64,000 nucleotides of DNA from Isoptericola halotolerans. Lineage in GTDB: Bacteria > Actinomycetota > Actinomycetes > Actinomycetales > Cellulomonadaceae. The notes under the pieces are model-generated. The model was not told the origin of the DNA and made no database searches. It was given only the letters and a program-made list of their open reading frames with translations. Position 1 is the first letter of the stretch; every line of letters begins with the position of its first letter. The stretch is taken from assembly GCF_013149785.1 (NCBI RefSeq), contig NZ_JABEZU010000005.1:62001-126000 (forward strand), written 5' to 3'. Made by a program: the position numbers and the translations under genes. Below are positions 29,282 to 38,603 of this stretch, piece after piece.

Positions 29282-30271
29282 TCAGCAGGTGGTGTGGCCG
29301 TGGGTGTCGTCGCAGACGAGGCGGGCGCGGGCTTCGGTGAGGGTGACGGGGTCGGTGGTGCTGGTGGTGGTGATGGTGCCGTCGATGGTGGTCCAGGTGC
29401 TGGTGCCGGTGATGCGGAAGTGGCCTTGCCAGGTGGTGGTCAAGGTGGTGGTGACGCCCTGGCGGTACCAGTTGCCGGCCTCGTCGCGGTGGGTACCGGG
29501 GTGGGTGTCGGGGTGGCCGAGGTGGGTGTAGGTGTGGCCGATCCAGGTGTGGTCGGGGGTGGGGGCGCCGTCGGTCCAGGGCTGGCCGGGGTCGGTGGTG
29601 GTCAGGGTGGCGCCGCCGGGGGTGTGGGGGTCGTCGAAGTTCCAGGTGTACTCGACGGGGTCGGCGCGGATCTGGACGGGGACGTCCAGGAGGGTGACGT
29701 CGACGATCTGGGGTTGGGTGGTGGCGTAGGCGGGGTAGTGGACGCCTGCCAGGAGGGGTTCGCGGGCTTGGAGGGTGGCTTCGGGGGTGGGGATGTGCAT
29801 GGTGGCGAACTCGTGTCGGGCGTGGGGGGCGAGGTCGGTGGGGGTGATGCACTCGCGTCCGGAGAGGTGCTCGGGGTCGGTGTAGGTGCCGTCGTCGCGG
29901 ACGCGTTCGACCCACAGGTCGGCGAGCTCGTACTCCTCGTCGGTGCAGGGGGCGCCTTGGATGGTGAGCTCGAGGGCCTCGTCGGGGCAGGTGTCCAGGG
30001 TGGTGGCGAGGTCGACGCCGTCCCAGGTCGCGGCGAGGTTGCAGGTGGTCAGGTCGGTGCGGAAGTAGCGGTCGCGGGGGCCGTCGTCCTGGCCCGAGGT
30101 CGCGGGGTTCTGCGCGGCGCCGTGCGCTCTGACATGCGCGGAGTTGTTCTCGTCGTCCACGTAGCCGCTGTAGCCGGAGGTAGTCGACGGGGAGAGCGGG
30201 GGCGTTGGTGGTGGGGGCGCTGTGCTGACGGCCAGGGCCGTGAGGAGCGCGACGGAACGGGCGATGCTCAT
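29282..30271 (-). CDS. Secreted Thr-rich protein with a PKD/Ig-like C-terminal region
   Basis: Signal-like N-terminus, six Cys, YTWNF.D...HTY...G...LTTTW.G.F...G...W..I.G; ATGA overlap with the upstream lipoprotein. Confidence 0.75.
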   Translation of the reverse strand: MSIARSVALLTALAVSTAPPPPTPPLSPSTTSGYSGYVDDENNSAHVRAHGAAQNPATSGQDDGPRDRYFRTDLTTCNLAATWDGVDLATTLDTCPDEALELTIQGAPCTDEEYELADLWVERVRDDGTYTDPEHLSGRECITPTDLAPHARHEFATMHIPTPEATLQAREPLLAGVHYPAYATTQPQIVDVTLLDVPVQIRADPVEYTWNFDDPHTPGGATLTTTDPGQPWTDGAPTPDHTWIGHTYTHLGHPDTHPGTHRDEAGNWYRQGVTTTLTTTWQGHFRITGTSTWTTIDGTITTTSTTDPVTLTEARARLVCDDTHGHTTC

Positions 30272-30900
30272 GCGTCGTCACCATCGATGTGCTGAGAGCC
30301 GACGATGTTGACGATGACCCACTGATCACGCTGTCGGAGAACCTCGAAGCGTTGCTCGGCCTCGACGGCGTCGTCGGCGAAGACCTGGTCGCCAGCCTGA
30401 TCGGTGATCACGACGGGTTCCACGGAGACCTTGATGTCCAATGGCCAAATGCCAGTGGCCTCGTCCTGCTCGTAGGTGTGCAGGATGTTGGCTGACATCT
30501 CCCCGCCTGTGAAGGTATCTCCGTTCTGGGCGATGTGTTGTGCCTGTTCGAGTCGCTTCGAACAAGTGCTGCACTCCGGGTGCGACATCGCTTCCCACTC
30601 GGTGGTGTCCCCGGTCTTCATGATGTAGTCGTCCAGGCTGAGGAAGTACACCGCCGCGGCCTCGGCGCCCTCGTACCCGTCGTCGTCCATCGCGGCGGGG
30701 CGTTCCGGGGCGACGACCACCGGCGTGGGCGACGGCGCCGGCGAGGACTCCGCCGCAGACACCGACGGGCTCGGCGCAGCCTCCGCCGTCGTGCCCGGGT
30801 CGGTGGCCGGCTCGGGGCCGGTGCAGCCGACGAGCAGCAGCGCGACCAGCGCGACCGCGCTCAGCGCAGGGACGGGACGAGGGATCGGGCGTTCCTTCAC
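30268..30900 (-). CDS. DUF6318-family lipoprotein
   Basis: Lipobox LLVGC, P.RP.AM.....GAEAAA.YF.....Y...TGDT..W...S..EC..C; three possible in-frame GTG starts (30900/30912/30924). Confidence 0.8.
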   Translation of the reverse strand: MKERPIPRPVPALSAVALVALLLVGCTGPEPATDPGTTAEAAPSPSVSAAESSPAPSPTPVVVAPERPAAMDDDGYEGAEAAAVYFLSLDDYIMKTGDTTEWEAMSHPECSTCSKRLEQAQHIAQNGDTFTGGEMSANILHTYEQDEATGIWPLDIKVSVEPVVITDQAGDQVFADDAVEAEQRFEVLRQRDQWVIVNIVGSQHIDGDDA

Positions 30901-30926
30901 GGGTTCCTTCACGGAGTCCTTCACCA
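30890..30926 (-). repeat. Three tandem 12-bp units (GTGAAGGA-N4)
   Basis: Minus strand reads GTGAAGGActcc GTGAAGGAaccc GTGAAGGAacgc. Confidence 0.8.
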
Positions 30927-31054
30927 GGGAGTCGACGGCGACATCCCCGACACCGTAGCGAAACCCGCCCATCCCGGGCACGACCCTGTGGACAACGTCT
31001 CGCTCAGTGGAACGGCCTCTCGGCCACGTCGGCCGACGAGTCGGCCGCGTCGTC

Positions 31055-31744
31055 TCAGTGCCCGACGTCGATGACGAGCCGTGTCGGGTCGCTCAGGGTG
31101 AGCACGCGGAACGGGCGTGGTTCACCGTCGACGCCGACGAACGCCGTCGTCGTGCCCTCGAACACGAACCGGTAGACGACCTGCTCGACGGACTCGCCGG
31201 GTCCGGGGACCGGGTCGCCGCCGTACTCCTCGACGCCGGAGTCCATCGGCATGGCGGTCCCGGTGACGTCCACCTGCAGCACCGCCTCGCCGTCGACGTC
31301 CACCGGGTCGCCGCGTCCGGGCTCCAGCGCCTCGTCGACGTACTCGACCCGCCATCCGGGCGCACCCGTGCCCTCCAGGTCGAGCACGACGCGGTCGAAG
31401 TCGTCGTGGGCGCCGACCCGGACGTCCGTGACGGTGAGCATCGCGTCGTCGCTGGGCTCGCCGGTGTCCGCCGCTGTGCCGCCCTCGAAGGGTTCCTCCG
31501 GGTCCGCGGGGTTCTCCTCGTCGGAGGAGGCTTCGTCTGACGGGTTCTCGTCGGCGGGGGTCTCGGCCGGGGGAGCCTCGTCGGGCGAGGGCTCGTCCTC
31601 GGTCGGGCTCGCCTCCGTGGTCTCGGAGGTCCCGCTGCCGTAGCCCGGCAGGTCGGCTCCGCTGCCGCAGGCGCTGACCAGCACCAGGAGCGCGGCGGCC
31701 GCAAGGGCCTCGGACGTCCGACGGCGGTGCGGTGACGTGCCCAC
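31055..31744 (-). CDS. AMIN-like domain lipoprotein
   Basis: Lipobox VSAC, acidic linker, VRVG.H..FDRVV.D, PGW.V.YV, RLVIDV.H. Confidence 0.85.
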   Translation of the reverse strand: MGTSPHRRRTSEALAAAALLVLVSACGSGADLPGYGSGTSETTEASPTEDEPSPDEAPPAETPADENPSDEASSDEENPADPEEPFEGGTAADTGEPSDDAMLTVTDVRVGAHDDFDRVVLDLEGTGAPGWRVEYVDEALEPGRGDPVDVDGEAVLQVDVTGTAMPMDSGVEEYGGDPVPGPGESVEQVVYRFVFEGTTTAFVGVDGEPRPFRVLTLSDPTRLVIDVGH

Positions 31745-31782
31745 GGTGCCTCCCTGCTCGGCGTGGTCTGCTGGCTCCGAGC

Positions 31783-32922
31783 CTAGGCCTGGGACCGGTC
31801 GAGCGCCTGGGCGAGGTCCTGCCAGAGGTCCTCGACGTCCTCGACGCCGACCGAGAGTCGGACGAGGTCCTCGGGCACCGTCGGCGACTCGGTGGCGAAG
31901 CGGCGCCGGCGCTCCAGGGTCGACTCCACGCCACCGAGGGACGTCGCGGGCACCCACAGCCGCACGGCGTCGACGAGGGCGTCGGCGGCGGGGAGACCGC
32001 CGAGCGGACGCAGGCCGAGGACCGCGCCGAACGACGTCATCTGCTGGGCGGCCCGGCGGTGGCCGGGGTCGCTCGGCAGCGAGGGGTGACGGACCTCCGC
32101 GACGGCGGGGTGGGCGGCGAGCCGCCGGGCGAGCTCGGCGGCGTTGGCGTTGGCGCGCTCGACGCGCAGGTGCAGGGTGCGCAGGCCGCGCAGCGCGAGG
32201 AACACCTCCATCGGCCCGGCGATCGCCCCGTGCAGGGTGCGGTAGGCCCGGATCCGCGCGGCGGTCGCGTCGTCGTTCGTCACGACGGCACCGAGGACGA
32301 CGTCGGAGTGCCCGGCCAGGTACTTGGTCACGGAGTGGACGACGACGTCGGCGCCGAGCTCGAGGGGTCGCTGGCCGAGCGGGGTGGCGAACGTGTTGTC
32401 GACGACGGACCGCACGCCTCGCTCGCGGGCGGCCGCGAGGACGGCGGGCAGGTCGGCGACCTCGAGCATGGGGTTGGTGGGGGACTCGGCCATGAGCAGG
32501 TCGGCGCCGTCGAGCGCGGCGACGACGGCGTCGGTGTCGGCGATGTCGACGCGTCGCACTTCGACGCCGTGCCGGCGGGCGAGGTCGTCGAGGAAGCCGA
32601 GGGTGACCTGGTAGGCGTGGCGCGGGACGACCACCGCGCCCGACGGCGGCACGTCGGCGAGGGCGGCGGCGATCGCGGCCATCCCGGAGCCGAGGACGAC
32701 GCCGTGCGTGCCTCCCTCGAGGGCCGCCAGCGTCTCCTCGAACGGTCCCCAGGTCTCGGTCCCGCCGCGCGTGTACAGCAGCTCGTCGCCGGGGACGCCC
32801 TGGGAGACGTAGGTCGAGCTGAGGACGACGGGAGGGTTGACGGGGCCGCCCTGGACGCGCGGGGGGCGCCCCGCGGCGACGGCGAGCGTGGCGGGGGCCA
32901 GGGAGGCGGGGTCGTGCGTCAT
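31783..32922 (-). CDS. Cys/Met-metabolism PLP enzyme (cystathionine gamma-synthase-like)
   Basis: SGMAA, ESPTNP, VDNTFATP, HSVTKYLAGHSD, SLGGVES, RLSVG.E. Confidence 0.92.
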   Translation of the reverse strand: MTHDPASLAPATLAVAAGRPPRVQGGPVNPPVVLSSTYVSQGVPGDELLYTRGGTETWGPFEETLAALEGGTHGVVLGSGMAAIAAALADVPPSGAVVVPRHAYQVTLGFLDDLARRHGVEVRRVDIADTDAVVAALDGADLLMAESPTNPMLEVADLPAVLAAARERGVRSVVDNTFATPLGQRPLELGADVVVHSVTKYLAGHSDVVLGAVVTNDDATAARIRAYRTLHGAIAGPMEVFLALRGLRTLHLRVERANANAAELARRLAAHPAVAEVRHPSLPSDPGHRRAAQQMTSFGAVLGLRPLGGLPAADALVDAVRLWVPATSLGGVESTLERRRRFATESPTVPEDLVRLSVGVEDVEDLWQDLAQALDRSQA

Positions 32923-32965
32923 GGCAGCAGGGTACGTGTGCCCCGGGCGACGGGGGCGCGGGGTC

Positions 32966-33697
32966 TCAGCCGTCCTGGCCGCGCAGCGCGGCCCGCACGG
33001 CGTCGCGGTACTCCTGGAGGTGCACCGCGGACCCGCCGCGAGCGTCGGTGACGGGGTGCTCCGCGGCGCGCCGCGGGTCCAGGATGCGGCGCAGACCGAC
33101 GCGCAGCAGGCGCTGGTCGAGCTGGGTGACGCCGCCGAGCTCCAGCAGCGCTGCACCCTGATCCAGGGCGACGAGCAGCAGGGCGCGGTCGCGGTCGTCG
33201 AGCTCGTCGTCGTCCGTCGGTGCGGTGTTGTCGGCGTACAGGTCGACCATCCGCTGCATCCGCGTGGCCATCTGCTGTGCCAGCTCCGGGTCGCGGGCGG
33301 CGGTGGCGATGAACTCCAGGGTCGCGAGCGCAGACCCGCGCATGATGCTGTCGGTCTCGGTCTCGATCTCCGGGTCGAGCGGCGCGTGGACGTTCTCGAT
33401 GCAGCAACCCGCGGCGTCACCGTCATCGCCCGGGCCGGGGGAGAGGGCGGCATCGAAGGGGTCCCAGGGGTCGTGCGCCGCGAGGGCGAGGTTGGCGTCG
33501 ACGACGGCGAGGAACAGCTCGGCCTTGCCGGCGAAGTTGGAGTAGACGGCCCCCTTGGAGTAGCCGGCCTCTCTCGCGATCTCGTCGAGGCGGGCGCCGT
33601 GGTACCCGTCGCGGGCGAAGACGGCGCGCGCCGCTGCGACGAGCTCGTCACGGGTCCGCTGCTGGCGCTCGGCCCTGGTCATCGGCGCAGGGGTCAT
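32966..33697 (-). CDS. TetR-family regulator
   Basis: R.E.Q..TR..L..AA..VF...GY....LD.IA..AGYSKGAVYSNF..K. Confidence 0.92.
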   Translation of the reverse strand: MTPAPMTRAERQQRTRDELVAAARAVFARDGYHGARLDEIAREAGYSKGAVYSNFAGKAELFLAVVDANLALAAHDPWDPFDAALSPGPGDDGDAAGCCIENVHAPLDPEIETETDSIMRGSALATLEFIATAARDPELAQQMATRMQRMVDLYADNTAPTDDDELDDRDRALLLVALDQGAALLELGGVTQLDQRLLRVGLRRILDPRRAAEHPVTDARGGSAVHLQEYRDAVRAALRGQDG

Positions 33698-33736
33698 GGG
33701 TCTCACCCTAACCCTGGCCAAGACCAAGGGTATCGG

Positions 33737-33770
33737 GATACTGTCGGTATGCGGATACGGTGAGTATCCG
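33737..33770. promoter_or_regulatory. Tandem TetR operators (ATAC-N5-GTAT)
   Basis: GATACtgtcgGTATG followed by CGGATACggtgaGTATCCG, between the divergent tetR and ABC genes. Confidence 0.7.
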
Positions 33771-33785
33771 AGAAGAGGAGAAGTC

Positions 33786-34766
33786 ATGAGCGACGACGTC
33801 CTCGTCGTGGAGGGTGTGACCAAGCGGTTCGGCGCGGTCACGGCCAACGCGGCGATCAGCATCCGTGTGCGGGCCGGGGAGGTGGTGGGGCTCCTCGGGC
33901 ACAACGGCGCCGGCAAGACCACCCTGGTCTCGCAGATCGTGGGCCTCCTGCGCCCGGACGCGGGGGAGATCCGTGTGGCCGGGGTCGACGCCGTGGCGCA
34001 CCCTGGGACAGCGCGCAGGCTCGTGGCGCTCCAGGCACAGGGCCAGGTGCCGCTGGACGGGCTCACGCCCCGGACGGCGGTCGAGCTCGCGGGGCGCCTG
34101 CGTGGCCTCCCGCGCCGCGAGGCGCGCCGAGCCGCCGAGCGGCTCGCCGTCGAGCTCGACATCACCGAGTGGATCGACCAGCGGGCGCTGCCCGAGGGCC
34201 GCGGCCTGTCCGGCGGCGTGCGTCGCCTCGCCGGCTTCGCGATGACCGTCGCGGCCCCGGCACCGTTGGTCGTGCTCGACGAGCCGACCAACGACGTCGA
34301 CGCCGCCCGCCGCCGGCGGCTGTGGGACGCGGTGCGCCGGCTCCGCGACCGCGGCGCCGGCGTCCTGCTGGTGACGCACAACGTGCTCGAGGCCGAGAAG
34401 GTCGTCGACGACCTCGTGGTCCTGGACCGCGGCCAGGTCGTGGCCGCCGGTTCGCCGGCACGGCTGGCCTCCGGGCTCGACGACGGTCTGCGGCTCGAGG
34501 TCACCCTGCCCCCGGGCGGCGACGACCCGACGCCCGACGTCCCGTTCGCGGTGCGACAGCGTGTCCGGGCGGGCCGGCGGGTGCTGCTGGTCGTCCCGGC
34601 GGACGAGGCCTCGCCCGCGGTGACCTGGGCGGCCTCGCTGCGCGACACCGGCGTCGTCGACGGCTACACCCTGGGTCCGGCGACGCTCGAGGACGCCTAC
34701 CTGGCCCTGACCGAGAGCACCGGGGCTGCCGGTGACGAGCTGACCGAGGTGACCAGCCATGCGTGA
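33786..34766 (+). CDS. ABC transporter ATP-binding protein (exporter type)
   Basis: GHNGAGKTT, LSGG, VVLDEPT, VTH; C-terminal TLEDAYL. Confidence 0.93.
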   Translation: MSDDVLVVEGVTKRFGAVTANAAISIRVRAGEVVGLLGHNGAGKTTLVSQIVGLLRPDAGEIRVAGVDAVAHPGTARRLVALQAQGQVPLDGLTPRTAVELAGRLRGLPRREARRAAERLAVELDITEWIDQRALPEGRGLSGGVRRLAGFAMTVAAPAPLVVLDEPTNDVDAARRRRLWDAVRRLRDRGAGVLLVTHNVLEAEKVVDDLVVLDRGQVVAAGSPARLASGLDDGLRLEVTLPPGGDDPTPDVPFAVRQRVRAGRRVLLVVPADEASPAVTWAASLRDTGVVDGYTLGPATLEDAYLALTESTGAAGDELTEVTSHA

Positions 34767-35565
34767 ACAGACTGCCGAGGCCCCCGCCGTGCCGACCGAC
34801 GGCACGACCGCGCAACCGTCCGCGACGGTCGGGCCGTGGTCCTCCTACGCCTCGATGGTGCGGTGGAACGTCGCACAGGTCGGCAGCATGCTGCCGCTGG
34901 TGGTCGTCGTGCAGGCGGTGCTCGCCGCCGGGATCATCGTCGGCTTCGGGCTCGTCATCCCGGACATCGACCCCGCCACGGCGCTGTACCTGTCGACCGG
35001 GGCGCCGACCGTGCTCCTGATGGTCGTCGGTCTCGTGATCGTGCCTCAGGGCGTGGCGCGGGCGCGCACGGACGGCACCTTCGTCTTCCTGCGCACGCTG
35101 CCGGTGCCCCGTCTGACGCTGCTGCTCGCCGACCTGACCGTATGGCTCCTCGTCGCGCTCCCCAGCGTCGCCGTCGCCGTCCTCGTGGGCGAGCTGCGGT
35201 TCGACCTGGCCCTCTCCCCGGACTGGCCCGTGCTCCTCGTGGCGACCGTCCTGGTCACCGTCACGGCGACGTCGGTCGGTTACGCCGTCGCCGTGACGCT
35301 GCCACCGGTGCTCGCCCAGCTCGTCAGCCAGGTGCTGGTGTTCTTCGTCATGCTGTTCTCGCCGCTGACCTTTCCCGCCACGCAGCTGCCCGCCTGGTTC
35401 CGGACCGTGCACGAGTGGCTGCCCGTCCAGCCCGCGGGCGACCTGCTGCGGGCCGGCCTCGCGTCCGAGGTGTACAGCGCCGACGCGCGGGACGTCGCCG
35501 TGCTCGCGGTGTGGTGCGTGGTCGGGGTCCTGCTCAGCCTGCGCGCCCTGGTGCGCCGGGGCTGA
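34759..35565 (+). CDS. ABC-2 type permease
   Basis: About six TM segments, FSP..FP...LP.W; overlaps the ATPase stop. Confidence 0.9.
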   Translation: MREQTAEAPAVPTDGTTAQPSATVGPWSSYASMVRWNVAQVGSMLPLVVVVQAVLAAGIIVGFGLVIPDIDPATALYLSTGAPTVLLMVVGLVIVPQGVARARTDGTFVFLRTLPVPRLTLLLADLTVWLLVALPSVAVAVLVGELRFDLALSPDWPVLLVATVLVTVTATSVGYAVAVTLPPVLAQLVSQVLVFFVMLFSPLTFPATQLPAWFRTVHEWLPVQPAGDLLRAGLASEVYSADARDVAVLAVWCVVGVLLSLRALVRRG

Positions 35566-35599
35566 ACCGGTCCGGGCACACGGTGCCGCCTGACCGGGT

Positions 35600-35637
35600 T
35601 CAGCGCGGTTCGACCAGGCTCAGCGCGGTTCGACCAG
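35600..35637. repeat. Direct repeat of the gene 3' end (18 bp, period 20)
   Basis: TCAGCGCGGTTCGACCAG at 35600 and 35620. Confidence 0.85.
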
Positions 35638-37137
35638 CCGGGCGAGCAGCTCGACCAGCAGCCGTTCCGCCGTCGGTGCGGGCAGTGCCTCGACCGCTGC
35701 CAGCAGGGGTGCCATCGGCCCCACGCCCGGTCCGTCGTCGCCGATCCGGGACGTGTCGAGGCCGAGGCCTGCGAGCAGCGTCGCGGCCGTCTGCGAGCTC
35801 GGTGGCGTCGGAGGCGCGCCGGTGGCGGCGAGCCGACCGAGGGCGGCGTCCGGGGCAGGGCGTGGCGTCCCGCGGACCTCGTCGGCCGCCGCCACGAGGG
35901 CAGGCACCAGCTCGTCCAGTACCGACGCCGTCACGGGGGTCACCGTCAGGTGCGTGGTGTGGGGCAGCACGGTGCCGTCCGGCTGCCGGTGCGAGGGCTG
36001 GGCCTGGAGCACCCAGCCGTGCGCCGTGACGGCGTCCGCCCAGACGTGCGGGTCGACGCGACGTTCGGCACCGGCGGCGTCGTCGGACGCGACGGCGAGC
36101 AGCGGGCCGGTGGGGTGGCCCACCACGCGCAGCCCCTCGATCTGCCCGACGGCGTCGCGCAACGCCTCCGTCGCCTGCCGGGAGCGGTCGGCGAGCGTGG
36201 CGAGCCCGTCGCGGCCGAGCACCTGGGTGATCGCCCAGGCGGCGGCCAGGGGCCCGCCCGAGCGGGAACCGAGCATCGTCGGGTTCACCACGGGGTAGCC
36301 CGGCCACCGCGTGGTGGCGAAGTACTGGCCGCGCTGCCGGTCCCGGCCGCGATGGAGCAGCACCGAGACGCCCTTGGGGGCGTAGCCGTACTTGTGCAGG
36401 TCCACCGACAGGCTCGTCACGCCCGGCACCCGCAGGTCCCAGTCGGGCAGGTCCGGCCAGAACGGCAGCGCCATCCCGCCGATGCAGGCGTCCACGTGCA
36501 CGGGCACCCCTTGTGCCGCCGCCGCCGCAGCGACGTCGGCGACCGGGTCCAGCGCGGCGTGCGGGTACGAGGGGGCCGAGACCACCACGAGCGCGACGTC
36601 GTCGGGACCGCCGTCGCCGTCGGTCCCGAGCCGTCCGGCCACCGCCTCGGCCGCCACCGCGCCGTCGGGCCGCACGGGAACGAGATCGAGCTCCAGGCCG
36701 AAGTAGTGCGCCGCCTTGTGGAACGCGGCGTGCGCCGTCGTCGGCGCGACGAGCCGCGGCCGGGCCGCGCCGGGTGCGAGGCCACGGGCGGCCAGCCAGG
36801 CGTCGCGTGCCGTCTTGACCGCGAGCAGGCAGCTCTCCGTGCCGCCGGAGGTCACCGTCCCGACGGCCTCCCCGTCCCCGGCCTGCCCGCCGCCCAGCAG
36901 GTCGCGGGTGAAGGCCACCAGGTCACGCTCGAGCGCTGCCACCGAGCCGAACGTCGTGGGGTCCAGCCCATTGACGGGCTGCATGAGACGGATCGCGGCG
37001 GCCGCCACCTCGTCCAGCGCGGGCACGCCCGAGTCGTACACGTAGCTGAGCACGTGCCCGCCGTGCGTGGGGGCGTCCCGCTCGCGCAGGGTGGCCAGCC
37101 GTGCCAGGACCTCGTCGGGCGCCTCGGCGAATCTCAT
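35620..37137 (-). CDS. PLP-dependent group II decarboxylase, sphingosine-1-phosphate lyase-like
   Basis: TSGGTES.LLA.K.ARD, AH.AF.KAA.YF, SAP.YPH..D, HVDAC.GG, S.DLHKYGYAPKG.S. Confidence 0.88.
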   Translation of the reverse strand: MRFAEAPDEVLARLATLRERDAPTHGGHVLSYVYDSGVPALDEVAAAAIRLMQPVNGLDPTTFGSVAALERDLVAFTRDLLGGGQAGDGEAVGTVTSGGTESCLLAVKTARDAWLAARGLAPGAARPRLVAPTTAHAAFHKAAHYFGLELDLVPVRPDGAVAAEAVAGRLGTDGDGGPDDVALVVVSAPSYPHAALDPVADVAAAAAAQGVPVHVDACIGGMALPFWPDLPDWDLRVPGVTSLSVDLHKYGYAPKGVSVLLHRGRDRQRGQYFATTRWPGYPVVNPTMLGSRSGGPLAAAWAITQVLGRDGLATLADRSRQATEALRDAVGQIEGLRVVGHPTGPLLAVASDDAAGAERRVDPHVWADAVTAHGWVLQAQPSHRQPDGTVLPHTTHLTVTPVTASVLDELVPALVAAADEVRGTPRPAPDAALGRLAATGAPPTPPSSQTAATLLAGLGLDTSRIGDDGPGVGPMAPLLAAVEALPAPTAERLLVELLARLVEPR

Positions 37138-38564
37138 GCGTGCTCCTCGTGGGTGGCCGCGGACCTCGCGGCGTCGACGTCTTCCTTGCGCAACGGGTAG
37201 CGGTGCAGCGCTGCCAGGCTCGCGGCGACGAGCACGGCCGGCAGCACCGAGAACGCGAGCACGATCCCGAGCACCGCCGCGTCCGGTTGCACCACGACCA
37301 CGCCCGCTCGGGACTCGACGTAGCCGGTCACGGCGAGCGTCAGCGACAGCACCGTGGAACCGAGTGCGAACCCGGTCGTCTCGCCGGCCGTCCACACGCC
37401 TGAGAAGGTGCCCGCCCGCCCGGGTCCGCGGGAACGGGCGTCGTGCGCGACGACATCGGGCAGCATCGCCATCGGCAGCGACTGCAGGCCCGCGTACGCC
37501 GCCCCGGCCACCGCGACGACGGCGTACACCCACGCACCGGGCGACCAGGCCAGGCCCAGCAGCCCGAGCGCCGCCACGGTGAAGACGCCGGAGGCCATCC
37601 GGAAGGCTCGTTCCTTGCCGACCCGGTGGGCGACCGCGCCCCAGACCGGTGCGAAGACCACCGCCGGCGCGACGAGCGCCGCGAACAGGAACGTCACGGC
37701 GCCCTCGTCGCCGAGCACCCAGCGTGCGACGTACTGGGCGCCCGCCAGCATCGTGCCGGTCGCCAGCGCCTGCAGCACGAACGTCGCCAGCAGCGTGCGG
37801 AACGGCAGGCTCGTGCGCAGCAGGGCCACGGCGTCGCGGTAGGCGGCCGGGAGCCTGCGCCACGCGCCCGACGACGACGGCCCGGACGCCGTGGCAACCG
37901 GTGGCGCGGCGCTCGCGGCCGCAGCGCTCGGCCCTGGTCGAGACCGACGTCGTCGACCGGTTCGCTGCACCCCGGCGGCGACGAGCAGCGAGGCGCCGAG
38001 GACGAGCCCGGCCGCTGCCGCCATGAGCAGGTAGCCCGCGTGCTCGTCGGGGACGACCGAGCGCAGCGCCGGGGCTCCGCCCCCGAAGGCGAGGATCGCC
38101 ACGGTCAGCACCACCACCCGGGCGGTGAGCAGGCGGGTGCGTTCCTCGTAGGAGTCGGTCAGCTCGGCCGGCAGAGCGATGTAGGGGACCTGGAACAGCG
38201 AGAACGCGGTGGCGGCGCACACGAAGGCGAGCAGGACCCACGCTCCGGCGGCCGCTGGTCCCCAGGTGGCGGGGACGGCGAAGGTGAGGACGAAGAAGAT
38301 CGGCAGCAGCAGGCCCCCGGCAGCCATGAGGCGCCGCCGTGAACCGTGGCGGGCCTGCTCACGGTCGCTGACGGCGCCGATGACCGGATCGATGACGACG
38401 TCCCACACCTTGGCGGCGGTGACGATGAGCCCCGCCATGAGTGCGGCCACGCCGAGGGTGTCGGTGAGGTAGTAGACCAGCACGAGCCCGGGCAGGGTGC
38501 CGAAGCCACCCGTGCCGACCGACCCGACGGCGTAGCGGGCGACGGTGCCCCGGCTCAGAGTCAT
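37134..38564 (-). CDS. MFS transporter, glycoside-pentoside-hexuronide (MelB-like) family
   Basis: YYLTD.LG, WD.V.DP.IG..SD, G.RR, PY.AL..ELT....ERT.L, M.PDV. Confidence 0.88.
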   Translation of the reverse strand: MTLSRGTVARYAVGSVGTGGFGTLPGLVLVYYLTDTLGVAALMAGLIVTAAKVWDVVIDPVIGAVSDREQARHGSRRRLMAAGGLLLPIFFVLTFAVPATWGPAAAGAWVLLAFVCAATAFSLFQVPYIALPAELTDSYEERTRLLTARVVVLTVAILAFGGGAPALRSVVPDEHAGYLLMAAAAGLVLGASLLVAAGVQRTGRRRRSRPGPSAAAASAAPPVATASGPSSSGAWRRLPAAYRDAVALLRTSLPFRTLLATFVLQALATGTMLAGAQYVARWVLGDEGAVTFLFAALVAPAVVFAPVWGAVAHRVGKERAFRMASGVFTVAALGLLGLAWSPGAWVYAVVAVAGAAYAGLQSLPMAMLPDVVAHDARSRGPGRAGTFSGVWTAGETTGFALGSTVLSLTLAVTGYVESRAGVVVVQPDAAVLGIVLAFSVLPAVLVAASLAALHRYPLRKEDVDAARSAATHEEHA

Positions 38565-38603
38565 GCGGGGATCCTACGAGACGTGGAGTGACGCCCGTCA
38601 CGG

